Source of the DNA: Andalucia godoyi And28
Lineage: Eukaryota > Protista > Jakobida
NCBI GenBank assembly: GCA_009859145.1
Contig: VRVR01000016.1
Coordinates: 214,855-278,854, forward strand
Length of the DNA: 64,000 bases
Reading direction: 5' to 3'
The stretch's first letter is position 1. The number at the start of each line of letters is the position of its first letter. Positions 1-9,276 of the stretch are shown in pieces. Both the position numbers and the translations under genes were made by a program. Under the pieces are notes generated by a model. That model was not told the DNA's origin, made no database searches, and saw nothing but the letters and a program-made list of their open reading frames with translations.

Positions 1-117
1 AAGGGATACACTTTCAAGAGAACCGCCACTCCTTCTTCTGGAAATGGCAGCGTTCCCCCGGCGTCTGGCTCGCGGCCGTCTTTGCAGAGTATTTTTGCCC
101 CTCCCGAAGACGAGTGA
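1..117 (+). CDS. 3' end of a gene entering from the left edge (KGYTFKRTATPSSGNG...FAPPEDE*)
   Basis: Frame 1 is open from base 1 to TGA at 115-117 and is followed by a T-rich 3' region; product not identifiable. Confidence 0.5.
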   Translation, partial: KGYTFKRTATPSSGNGSVPPASGSRPSLQSIFAPPEDE

Positions 118-417
118 TTTTATGATTGTTAATTATTTTTTCTGGGACACCGCATTTCTTTATTTTGATTGGTTCTTTCCTTTGTCGTTGCAAACCACAT
201 TTTGATGTGTTTGCGTCCTTTCTTTTTTCTGTTTCTTTTTTCGCTTCTTCTCCGTTCTGTTATTTTTCTCCTTTCTCTTCTTCTTCAGGTGAGTTCGGTG
301 GGAAAAGTCTTGTACTGTACTGTACTGTGGTGTTGTTGTTGTTGTTTTTCTTATTTTTTTAAATTAAAAATTAAAAAAAGAATGAGTGGGCTTATATGAA
401 AATCTGGTGGAATCAGA

Positions 418-3096
418 TCAATCAATGTCGATTCGCATGGGCTCTGAATGGGGCAGTGCAGCAGGATTCTCTCGGTGGAACTTCACGGACGGAGCCAACT
501 TTGACATTCGCTTTGGAAACCTGTTCCACATGTCGTTGATCTTCGAAGAGGTCAGCGCACGGAGCTTCCGGAAGTCATGCAGCGTCGGGAAAGAGTTGAT
601 GACAGCAACCTGCGGGATTTCAGGAGCATCCGGCTTCGCGTATCCCTCTGTCCAGATAGGAAGGAAATCTCGCCTTTCGATTTCGTCGTACAATCGAGCG
701 GTGCCCTCTGGATATTCAATCAAGCGGTAGCACTGGATGAGATGAACCAACATTCTTCGTTCTTCGGGACTTTGTAAATCCTCCTCCTTTGCACCCAGAA
801 TTGCACGAACAATCGCATTTGTGGCAAAAGCACGCGCTTGTGACAGCGCTTCGATGTTTGCGTCTCCAGGAGGAACATATGCCATCGCACGATAGAAATA
901 CTTGAACGCTTCATACGAGGTGTTGAGATCATCTTTCCCAAGAGTTGCATTCACACCTTCAATAATATTGCTGCAGTAGCACGCATCAGCATGTCTGCGG
1001 TGGAAGCGGTGCATAAACTCCTCATTCTCTGATCTCACTTGCGTTATGAGAGAAGCCGGAACATGGCATTCACTAGGAACAGTCTGTGCCCCATCGTCCT
1101 TCAAATATATGAAACAGTATGCGTTTGTTTCCAAGTCTTGCATGTCCACATCCGCCAGAATCTCAACATTCATATCTGAGAACTTGACAAGCTGGCCGGT
1201 GGAAGGGTGCTTGGCGACAACGTAGTAATGTCCACTGGTGGCGTGCGATCCTTCATGCACAAGAACTGCTTGGAGGGAGTAGCCGTTTTCGGTCATGTCG
1301 TTAAATATTACAGATGATTCGTATTCCACAGCTTGCAAGTCGCACTCCAATTGCTTCACACGCATTTCCATGCTGTCTCTGAGGTTATCCAAGTAACGAA
1401 TAACACCATCCTGCGAAGCGTCCTCTGCTCGCACATGCGACAACACGCGCGCAACTTCGGAAGGCTTCAGCGCACTTTGCAGCTGCGATTGCAACTCATT
1501 GCGGCGGTCACGAAAAGCCGAAAGCTTTTGTCTCCGCTGCCACACAACATCGCGATTCTTGGTACAATATCGATCCATAAAAAGCTTTTGGTAGAACTTC
1601 ATCTTTCCATCTACCTTGATTCCCTTCTTCTGATCCTGGTTGTATACGACTCTCTGCAACTGCAAGACAAGTATTTCAGGAAGTTTTTCGATTTCAACAA
1701 ATCGGGTAACCTTTTCAGTCGAACGCCCCCCTTCGGTCCACTCGACATCTGAGGTGACGTACTCGTCAAGAGATTCGTAGATATCCGGCCGAACGTCCAG
1801 CACGATTTGGGAGAAATCAACAGGACGGACCTCTGGGCGTCCAGAAAACCGCTCCACAAATCCTCCTTTGAACCGAGGTTCCAGAAACGGCAGCTTTTCC
1901 AAGAGAAACATGAAAAACTCGGAAGCATCCTGCTGTTCTCCGTACGAGATTTTCAGCTGATCAAAGGCGGCTCTTGGATTGACAGCTTTCGTCTCGGATA
2001 GCAGCAATCTCGCGAACAGCAAGGACAGTTGATAAAAAGGCGACTTTGAAGGATCCTGGCTAGCCTCTGCCATTGGAGCCGACGACATTGCATGCAAATT
2101 CGAAGTGGAAATAAAAGATGGCGTGACAAACGAAGTCGTCGTGGACGGGGATGACAAGCCCCCGGCCTGACTCATATCGTCGAGCATCATGCTTGAAGCC
2201 TTTGTGTCTCCTGCTTCGTCCACCCCCGGAGAGAGAGAAGTCGGTGAGATCTCAATCACCTCCGCAGTGCCGCCGTCATGAACCGCAGCCGTAACCACAT
2301 TACTCAATTTCATTTCTGCTCTCTCGCACGCTTGCAGCAAGTCCACATTCAGGTTCCCCACTGACCAAAATGCCTGCAGCAGCGAATTCAGATAGCACGT
2401 ATTTCCGACATTCTTCAGCCCCACCGGTACATATGGTGATATTCGGCGGTACGACACCGGGTCCTCAAACCACTCCTCTACGATCTCTGGTTTCTGATAG
2501 CTTTCCAAGATGGACAACTGGATTGCTTTTTGGATATCATCTTCTGCCTTTGAGCTGGACTGACCCTGTCCCCCCTCCTGCATGCTCATCGCGAGTGCCT
2601 TCTTCATCTGCTCATCCTCCGACATCACAGGCACGAGCGGATAATCACTCGAAGTCGACGAAGCCAGCGGGGCACCATGCACCATCGCACGCTGAGGACT
2701 GACTTCAAAGTCTTCGCTCAATGTTCGTGCCGGATCCGCAGGTCGTTTTGCAGGATGTTCCAAGAACTCGGACGTCAGCTCATTGATCGATACCTGCGAT
2801 GTGTTCTGCAGCGGCACACTCGATGTCTGCTGCTGCTGTTGTGCCTGATGTGGTTGTGGTTGTGGCGGTGGCGGATGTCCTGGTTGCGATGACTCTTGGA
2901 CAACACCTGCTGTACTCCTGGGGGGAGACCCAGACCCAACTTCGGGAAACTCGCCACATACGAGTGCATCAATGACAAGGCCCAGACGATCCGAATAGTT
3001 CGCAAACCGAAGGAACGCTCGGCGGACTTGTCCCTCCGAACACGGTATCTGCATATCCCGAAGCGTCCTTATTGCATTTTGAACATCCTCTTCCAT
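418..3096 (-). CDS. Ubiquitin C-terminal hydrolase (peptidase C19), USP25/USP28-like architecture
   Basis: Cys box GLKNVGNTCYLNS, QQDASEF, His box HEGSHATSGHYY. Two UIM-like motifs (EDEQMKKALAMSM, EDDIQKAIQLSI), a UBA-like N-terminus and a coiled-coil insertion in the catalytic domain. Confidence 0.88.
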   Translation of the reverse strand: MEEDVQNAIRTLRDMQIPCSEGQVRRAFLRFANYSDRLGLVIDALVCGEFPEVGSGSPPRSTAGVVQESSQPGHPPPPQPQPHQAQQQQQTSSVPLQNTSQVSINELTSEFLEHPAKRPADPARTLSEDFEVSPQRAMVHGAPLASSTSSDYPLVPVMSEDEQMKKALAMSMQEGGQGQSSSKAEDDIQKAIQLSILESYQKPEIVEEWFEDPVSYRRISPYVPVGLKNVGNTCYLNSLLQAFWSVGNLNVDLLQACERAEMKLSNVVTAAVHDGGTAEVIEISPTSLSPGVDEAGDTKASSMMLDDMSQAGGLSSPSTTTSFVTPSFISTSNLHAMSSAPMAEASQDPSKSPFYQLSLLFARLLLSETKAVNPRAAFDQLKISYGEQQDASEFFMFLLEKLPFLEPRFKGGFVERFSGRPEVRPVDFSQIVLDVRPDIYESLDEYVTSDVEWTEGGRSTEKVTRFVEIEKLPEILVLQLQRVVYNQDQKKGIKVDGKMKFYQKLFMDRYCTKNRDVVWQRRQKLSAFRDRRNELQSQLQSALKPSEVARVLSHVRAEDASQDGVIRYLDNLRDSMEMRVKQLECDLQAVEYESSVIFNDMTENGYSLQAVLVHEGSHATSGHYYVVAKHPSTGQLVKFSDMNVEILADVDMQDLETNAYCFIYLKDDGAQTVPSECHVPASLITQVRSENEEFMHRFHRRHADACYCSNIIEGVNATLGKDDLNTSYEAFKYFYRAMAYVPPGDANIEALSQARAFATNAIVRAILGAKEEDLQSPEERRMLVHLIQCYRLIEYPEGTARLYDEIERRDFLPIWTEGYAKPDAPEIPQVAVINSFPTLHDFRKLRALTSSKINDMWNRFPKRMSKLAPSVKFHRENPAALPHSEPMRIDID

Positions 3097-3471
3097 TTAC
3101 AACCGCGCTATTCCAAACCACACAAACACAAATCAAACGCAGAACAAGTATGAAGAAGAAGAAAAGAAGATACACGAAAAATAGAAACACGAAAACACAA
3201 CGAGAAGAATTCGAATAATCAAAAAATAGTACCTGTACCTTCAACCCAGCGCTACCGTATATATCGAGAGGCGACTCGCAGAGACACACAAGAGAGTCAG
3301 AACGCGCGTTGAGACTTGAGACTGGAGAACCGTGAAAGAAACGTGTGTACTTTGGGCTTTCTCTTTTTTGGCTTGCAAATCACAGGCACGTTTCTTACGT
3401 ACTGCCGCAAGCGTAGAACTACTGCTTTGCTGGATTAAGCACGCTTGGGGGGCTAGGGAAAGTGTTCGTGC

Positions 3472-5145
3472 GTGCCGAGGATGCGGATCCAAGAGTACTG
3501 TTCTTGTCGCAGAAGAAGAAGTTGCGATGTTGGTCACTGCCACTTCTTACTGTTGTTGATGTTGCTGATGCTGCTGGTGAGTGCGGCGCCCTTGGTTGTG
3601 CGTGCGGCCATCTATGAGTGCCCGACGGCGCCGATGGTTGCAGAGGACCGGAGGATAGACACGTCAAGGCTGTCTGTGTCGACGTTCAATTTGTACTGGT
3701 TTTTCAATGTCTCGGATCTGGCGATTAATCCGTGGAAGAACTTGACCGATGTCACTCAGCACGTCCGCAACGTCGCGAGGATCATCCGGATCATGGATTC
3801 TGATGTTGTGAATCTTGTTGAGGTGCAGGATTGTGGAATGCTGAATTGGCTGGTTGAAGAAATCGGCGCAAGTGCAAGGTACAAACCGTATCTCTTGTTT
3901 GGAACCGACACATCGACCCGCCAAAACGTGGCCTTGCTTACCCGAGTTGATCCGACCATAACCCTTGCTCGATCGTCCGGGCGCTCGGAATACCCAGTGG
4001 TGTTTAACGGATTTGATGGGTTTTGTGCCTGGAACGGCGCCAAGTCGTCTACATCTCTCTCGAAACACTACTTGACAAAGCTTTCGTTCCCGCAGTTTGA
4101 TCTGGCTCTGATGGGTCTACACTTCATTGCAATTCCTACCGACCCAGCGAGATGTTCTCAGCGAGAGGCACAAGCAGTGGTTGCTGCTGCATTCATGAAG
4201 CAGTTCAGCGAGGACTTGGCGTCCACCTCTTCCCAGCCAGTGGAACAGATTATCTTGGGTGATTTCAATGATTATGCAGATGATGTTGTGGACTCGTTTG
4301 GCAACAGACCGGCTTCTCGAGCAGCATTTATTCTTCGAAACACCTCCCGTTCGGACGGAGAGCTGTTCAACGTCGCCAATCTAGTGAGTCCGCAGGAAAG
4401 GTACACGGATTGGTGGGACAGGAATCAGAATGGTATTGACGAAGGCCTGGCAGAGCACTCCATGATAGATCACATTCTGGTGTCTCCAGGCTTGCGCAAC
4501 CGGATTCTCTCTGTCTCGATTCCTCACCTCTTTGTTGGAGACCTGTACTATTCTGATCACTATCCGGTAACTGTGGTGCTCGACATGACATCCAACTCGA
4601 CAATGAGCCGAGAGTCATCCCCTATGTCTGCCCCCATCCAAGCCCAGATCACACCCTTTGGGTTTTGGACTTCAAAAATAGTCAAATCCAGCACGTCCTG
4701 CGAATTCTCCTTGTCGTTCACGTCGTCTTCTCCTGTTTTTGTGCGGTGGCAGTATGAACGTCCACCCAAGGATTTTGATTTCGTCGGATCCGTTACTGCC
4801 ATGTACTCGACTGTCCCAGTACGTCTGTGCGACCCGTCCACTTCGGCGTTGTTCCTGGACGTTCTAAACACCCAGGGTGACCCTTCAGATTTTACGCTCA
4901 GTTTCAGTCCAAACCTCGTCGTTGTGGATGACTCCAGTGCAGACTGCAACCTGGACTGCTATTCGCTTGCGGTTGTTGCAGTTGTGGGAACGGCGTGCTT
5001 TATCGCCGGAGTTGGTTTGTGTTATCTGGCTGCGCTTGCGCATAACAGGTGGCGACGGAGGAAGGGTGAATCCGCAGATGAGAAGCGTACGATGACAATG
5101 CCCAGCCGAAGCTCTGTTGGTCACTCACGGCTTGTTGATGAGTAG
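3472..5145 (+). CDS. Secreted or membrane-anchored endonuclease/exonuclease/phosphatase (EEP) family protein
   Basis: EEP motifs STFNL, LVEVQD, GDFND, IDHILVS, SDHYPV. Hydrophobic signal-like segment (LLLLMLLMLLVSAA) and one C-terminal TM helix. True start uncertain (ATG 3481 or downstream). Confidence 0.82.
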   Translation: MPRMRIQEYCSCRRRRSCDVGHCHFLLLLMLLMLLVSAAPLVVRAAIYECPTAPMVAEDRRIDTSRLSVSTFNLYWFFNVSDLAINPWKNLTDVTQHVRNVARIIRIMDSDVVNLVEVQDCGMLNWLVEEIGASARYKPYLLFGTDTSTRQNVALLTRVDPTITLARSSGRSEYPVVFNGFDGFCAWNGAKSSTSLSKHYLTKLSFPQFDLALMGLHFIAIPTDPARCSQREAQAVVAAAFMKQFSEDLASTSSQPVEQIILGDFNDYADDVVDSFGNRPASRAAFILRNTSRSDGELFNVANLVSPQERYTDWWDRNQNGIDEGLAEHSMIDHILVSPGLRNRILSVSIPHLFVGDLYYSDHYPVTVVLDMTSNSTMSRESSPMSAPIQAQITPFGFWTSKIVKSSTSCEFSLSFTSSSPVFVRWQYERPPKDFDFVGSVTAMYSTVPVRLCDPSTSALFLDVLNTQGDPSDFTLSFSPNLVVVDDSSADCNLDCYSLAVVAVVGTACFIAGVGLCYLAALAHNRWRRRKGESADEKRTMTMPSRSSVGHSRLVDE

Positions 5146-5159
5146 CTCCCGTCTTCCTT

Positions 5160-5162
<3 letters not shown>

Positions 5163-5230
<68 letters not shown>

Positions 5231-5250
5231 CGCTCGCTCGCTCGCTCGCT
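5163..5250. repeat. (CT)n microsatellite followed by a (CGCT)n tract
   Basis: Direct reading of the sequence. Confidence 0.95.
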
Positions 5251-5719
5251 GTCATCCATTCTTAAACATGAAGAAATTGAAAAAGCTGTTTAAAAAATAA
5301 ATCCCACCTGATGAGGTACCGGTAACACTTCGTTGCTGACTGCTGTAAGTGCCGTAGTAGCTGTAGTAGTGTCCGACCGCAGGATCCGTTGCTGCAAAAC
5401 AGGTTTGTTATTCATTCAATTCTTCGTGCTTTTCGTGTCTTTCATTTTTTATAATTCCATTTGCATTGCATTCCTAGTACTATTATTATCATCATTCTAG
5501 ATTTTTCTTGTTGGTCTATTTTGATTGGTTGGATTGTTTGGTTCTGGTAGCGAAGGGGAAGAGCTCGAGTGCAGTGCCCAATAATCCAAAGAAGAAGAAA
5601 AACAAAAAAGGGGAGCATAATCAGTGGCAGCAGCATTGCAATTGCAGAAGAAGAAGAAGAAGAGACAGATAGACAGATAGACAGACGTACGTACGTAAGC
5701 AAGAGGCAGCGATAGAAAG

Positions 5720-6733
5720 ATGCAGTCTTCCGCAGTGTCGATATCTCCGTCGATCGACTCGTTAGTTTCAGCTGGGGACGATGCGCTGCGGGTGAAAGGG
5801 TTTGATCCCGCGTACATCCATTCCATACGTTATGCATCTTGGGGGCGGAAAAAGGGAGGGAAGGGGCTTGTCAAGGCGTTCAAGCGACGGTTTTTTGTCT
5901 TAATTGGTGCGGTCCGGATTGATTACCATGATACTGATCCAAAGGTTTCTCAGCTCGACACAAGGACAACGAAGCGTGGGACGATTGCGCTTGTTCCCCA
6001 ATCTCTTGTACAGCTCGATGATGAGAGAGAAAACACAATTACTATCACGCGGGCTCGACCAGAAATGGATCGGCAATACATTATTACATTTGATGATGAG
6101 AGTACGACAAAGAAGTGGATTCTCCTTCTTCGAAACAGGCTGTACCACTGGGCACAAATCGCAATGGAATCGCCAACGTCGAATTTCAAACTAGAAAAGA
6201 TCATGTCATTCAAGCATCCATCGATTATGGAGTTTCAGAGAACAAAGGCAAATCGGGTGGAAGTCTACGTTATTGATTGTGGGCTTTCCGCCACATTGGT
6301 GATCGACAAGGTTCCTTATTCAATGTCGACGCACGAAAAGTACGCAAATGCGGCGTTTGGAGCAGCTCGCGAAGCAGAGCCAGAATGGAGAAAACTCAAG
6401 GAGGAAATGCGCCTTGGAGGACTCAGGCAACTTCCATATTGCTCCATCCTGGCTTCATTTGACAAAGAGGTAGGAGATATCCGAGTATGCATTCGGTCGA
6501 GAACGGTGTGCCATGTCACCAAGCCCGTGGGAGACTTTTTCCGAAGGCAAAAGCAGGGAACCTCGCAAGACCTTGTTTACATGGGATACCAGCTATCGAT
6601 GTCGTCTATTTTTGAAAGCCAAGAACAGTGGGATTTGTACGAACTACTTTTTGATCAGATTCTGGGCTCCTTGTGTTGGTGCACAGACGACGAAGAGCTC
6701 AACGTTGTGCAAAACGCGACCTCCGACAGCTGA
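5720..6733 (+). CDS. PH-domain protein
   Basis: WGRKKGGKGLVKAFKRRFFVL ... KRGTIAL ... TKKWILLL fits a pleckstrin-homology fold; C-terminal half unassigned. Confidence 0.7.
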   Translation: MQSSAVSISPSIDSLVSAGDDALRVKGFDPAYIHSIRYASWGRKKGGKGLVKAFKRRFFVLIGAVRIDYHDTDPKVSQLDTRTTKRGTIALVPQSLVQLDDERENTITITRARPEMDRQYIITFDDESTTKKWILLLRNRLYHWAQIAMESPTSNFKLEKIMSFKHPSIMEFQRTKANRVEVYVIDCGLSATLVIDKVPYSMSTHEKYANAAFGAAREAEPEWRKLKEEMRLGGLRQLPYCSILASFDKEVGDIRVCIRSRTVCHVTKPVGDFFRRQKQGTSQDLVYMGYQLSMSSIFESQEQWDLYELLFDQILGSLCWCTDDEELNVVQNATSDS

Positions 6734-7034
6734 CATTCTTTTTCTTTCGGGACTCTTCTTCCGTCTCAGGGCATTTTGAAGTCTGAATATTTGATTTGTC
6801 TCACCCCGATCATTTCCCCCAGCATCTGTCTATTTGATTTCTGCTTACTTACTCTCTTTTGGGGAGAAGGGTTTTTCTTTTGTTTATATTGAATATGATT
6901 CCTGTTGCTGGAGGGGAAGGAGTTGCTGTTGTTATTGCTTTTTCTTTTTTTTTTTCCATTGCAGCTGAGCTCGCAGTTTGCGTGGGCACGCGCTTGTTTG
7001 CAGCGGTGTCGTGATATTGACGCACCAAAAAAAA

Positions 7035-8210
7035 TCATTCGTGTGCCTTCGCGCTAGTGCTAACCGAACCATACCCTGCACTGTTGCGTTTTTGCAAGTA
7101 CTCTTGATACATTCTGTGAAGTTCCTCTTGCATTTGCTCCGTCAGACTCTGGAGAGATGCGGCATTTTCTGCTGACGCACTCTGCGGCTCTTCTGATTTT
7201 GGAAGCATCTGGTGACCCGGTGCTGTTGGTGGAATTGCAAGGGCTGGGGATCCTAGGATATCCTCCATGCTAAGCGCCTCTTTTGGTACATCGATTCCAG
7301 GCGGCAATATGCGGTGAAATTGCTGCAAAATGTACTTCTTTAAACATTTCTCGCCTCTGCCTCTCTTGGATTTTTCTCGGAAACTCTCCTGCAGTCGTGT
7401 GCAAGGCATTCGAAGGAGTCTGCTTGCAACCAACAGCGAACAGGACGATAAAAGGAACCGAAAGGCTGGCTTGAGCGGCTCGCTGCTTTTGAGAATCTCA
7501 CGAATCATATATCGGGCAACCATGGACACAGAAACTGTCACGGACCGAAACCCGAATGCGCCTTTCATGATAACATGTTCATGAGCGGCCATGTCGAAGA
7601 TATCAATGATCATTGTGAGCTCTGAGAACAAAGTCTTTTCTACTTCGTTTTTGCTCTGGCTCACCACGGAATTGATGATATCGAACGCTTCGATCACTTG
7701 CATTCGGCACGAAGCAGCGGGTATGCAGTCCTCAACCTCGTTCCGCGAAAGTGGTTCGTATTCAGCGAACTTTGCCGCAACAAGAATGGACGCTGCGCAA
7801 CACGAAGGAATGCTTGCCTCCCACACTTCTGCAGGAAACTTTTTCAAGCAGCAATGTTCCACAATCCACGTTGCCCTCTCCAGAATGCAGTCGTGGATGC
7901 CAATTGAGAGTCCAATTTGCCGTATCCACATAAAGCAATTGTCCATGTGGCTATCTGCATCCACGAAGTTAGATCCAACGGCCCGCTCTGTCATTCTGCT
8001 CTTTTTCCACTCCCGATACTGCGCAAACTGCGGCGGCCTTGTTAAAGGCGACAGATCGACGTACACTATGTATTCTGGGTCCAACATTGTGTGTGCAACC
8101 TGGAACTGCGTGCCGCCGATTGGATCATCTGGAATCTGCTTGGTTGATCGGTGTTTTTTTTTAACATTATTAGAACAACGGCAACAAACACTGTATCGAT
8201 GATGACACAT
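7035..8210 (-). CDS. Divergent cyclin-fold protein
   Basis: Cyclin-box-like helices (MWIRQIG ... LERATWIVEH ... AASILVAAKFAE). 5' end uncertain: a GTATGT donor at 8295 and an AG at 8191-8192 flank the GA microsatellite. Confidence 0.55.
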   Translation of the reverse strand: MCHHRYSVCCRCSNNVKKKHRSTKQIPDDPIGGTQFQVAHTMLDPEYIVYVDLSPLTRPPQFAQYREWKKSRMTERAVGSNFVDADSHMDNCFMWIRQIGLSIGIHDCILERATWIVEHCCLKKFPAEVWEASIPSCCAASILVAAKFAEYEPLSRNEVEDCIPAASCRMQVIEAFDIINSVVSQSKNEVEKTLFSELTMIIDIFDMAAHEHVIMKGAFGFRSVTVSVSMVARYMIREILKSSEPLKPAFRFLLSSCSLLVASRLLRMPCTRLQESFREKSKRGRGEKCLKKYILQQFHRILPPGIDVPKEALSMEDILGSPALAIPPTAPGHQMLPKSEEPQSASAENAASLQSLTEQMQEELHRMYQEYLQKRNSAGYGSVSTSAKAHE

Positions 8211-8216
8211 GAATGA

Positions 8217-8219
<3 letters not shown>

Positions 8220-8266
<47 letters not shown>
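8220..8266. repeat. (GA)n microsatellite
   Basis: Direct reading; may lie within an intron. Confidence 0.95.
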
Positions 8267-8269
<3 letters not shown>

Positions 8270-9276
8270 CATGTATTCGATACTGACGTACATACTAGAT
8301 TGCCAAGCCCAGCGTGATGCAGTCTCGGGGCCGGAAGAAGAATGCTCCGCGGATGTTCTCGATGCACAAGAGACGCAACGGGGTGAATCACTCTTTCGGC
8401 TAAGATTCTGGAACAGGCTGCACATCGAATCAGCAACGTTTCTCGACTGATACCGCACGAAAAGTTAGCACAGATCACCCCATGATCACGTGGCTAATTA
8501 GGAAAACAGGAAAAAAAATAGAGAATAAGAAAAATTCACAGTGTACGTACTCGTCTTCCAAATCATGACTGCCACAATGCGGACACTTGACAAGCATGCT
8601 ATCCCCACTCTGTTTTCTACGCTGGCAGAAGAAAAAAAAAGCACAAAAACGAAATGAGAAAGAAAATCGACTCGATCAATCAAACATTAGCAGTGCGTCA
8701 CAAAATCCCACAGCCCTGATGTCATAAGCCGGTGAACGTACAATTTCGTACGTCGGAAGTTGGAAACGTGCGGATGATTCTGAAACGTCTGTAAAATAAT
8801 AATTATTATTAACAATACACGTCAGTGACGGGCAAAAAATCTGCATCAAGTGAAGCAAGCGGACAAGAAACAGAAAAACCAATCAAAAAGCCAAAGAAAA
8901 AAAAAAGATTTGAAAACTGGTAATGCTATAACGGACGTTTCCTGAAAAATTAAAAATTAACACAATCAATAACAAAACAAAAACAAAAACAAAAAAACCG
9001 AGAAAAAAGGTGCTCTGATTAGTTGGTATACGTTCTCTCATCCACTCGTTCATCTCATGTCGCATTGGTTTATCTCGTAAGCAGAGCCTCGCCCAGAAGA
9101 AGCAAGAAGAAGCAAGAAGCAGCATTTGGTTCGGATTCACCATCTAGCTTGGGAAAAATCAGTCTAAGAAAAAACAAGACATATATATATTATTGTTGTG
9201 TTTTTTTGTTGTTGTTTTTTCACTCTTCTTGCCTTTTTGCTTCTCTTCGTTCTTTTTCTTCCATTTCTTCTTTCAA

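Noticed and set aside
5305-5345. CTGATGA...CTGA suggesting a C/D snoRNA or hammerhead core
   Set aside because: Boxes too close, no terminal stem and no GAAA arm.
6190-6700. KHPSIMEF and FDQILGSL resembling protein-kinase subdomains
   Set aside because: No glycine loop, HRD or DFG motifs.
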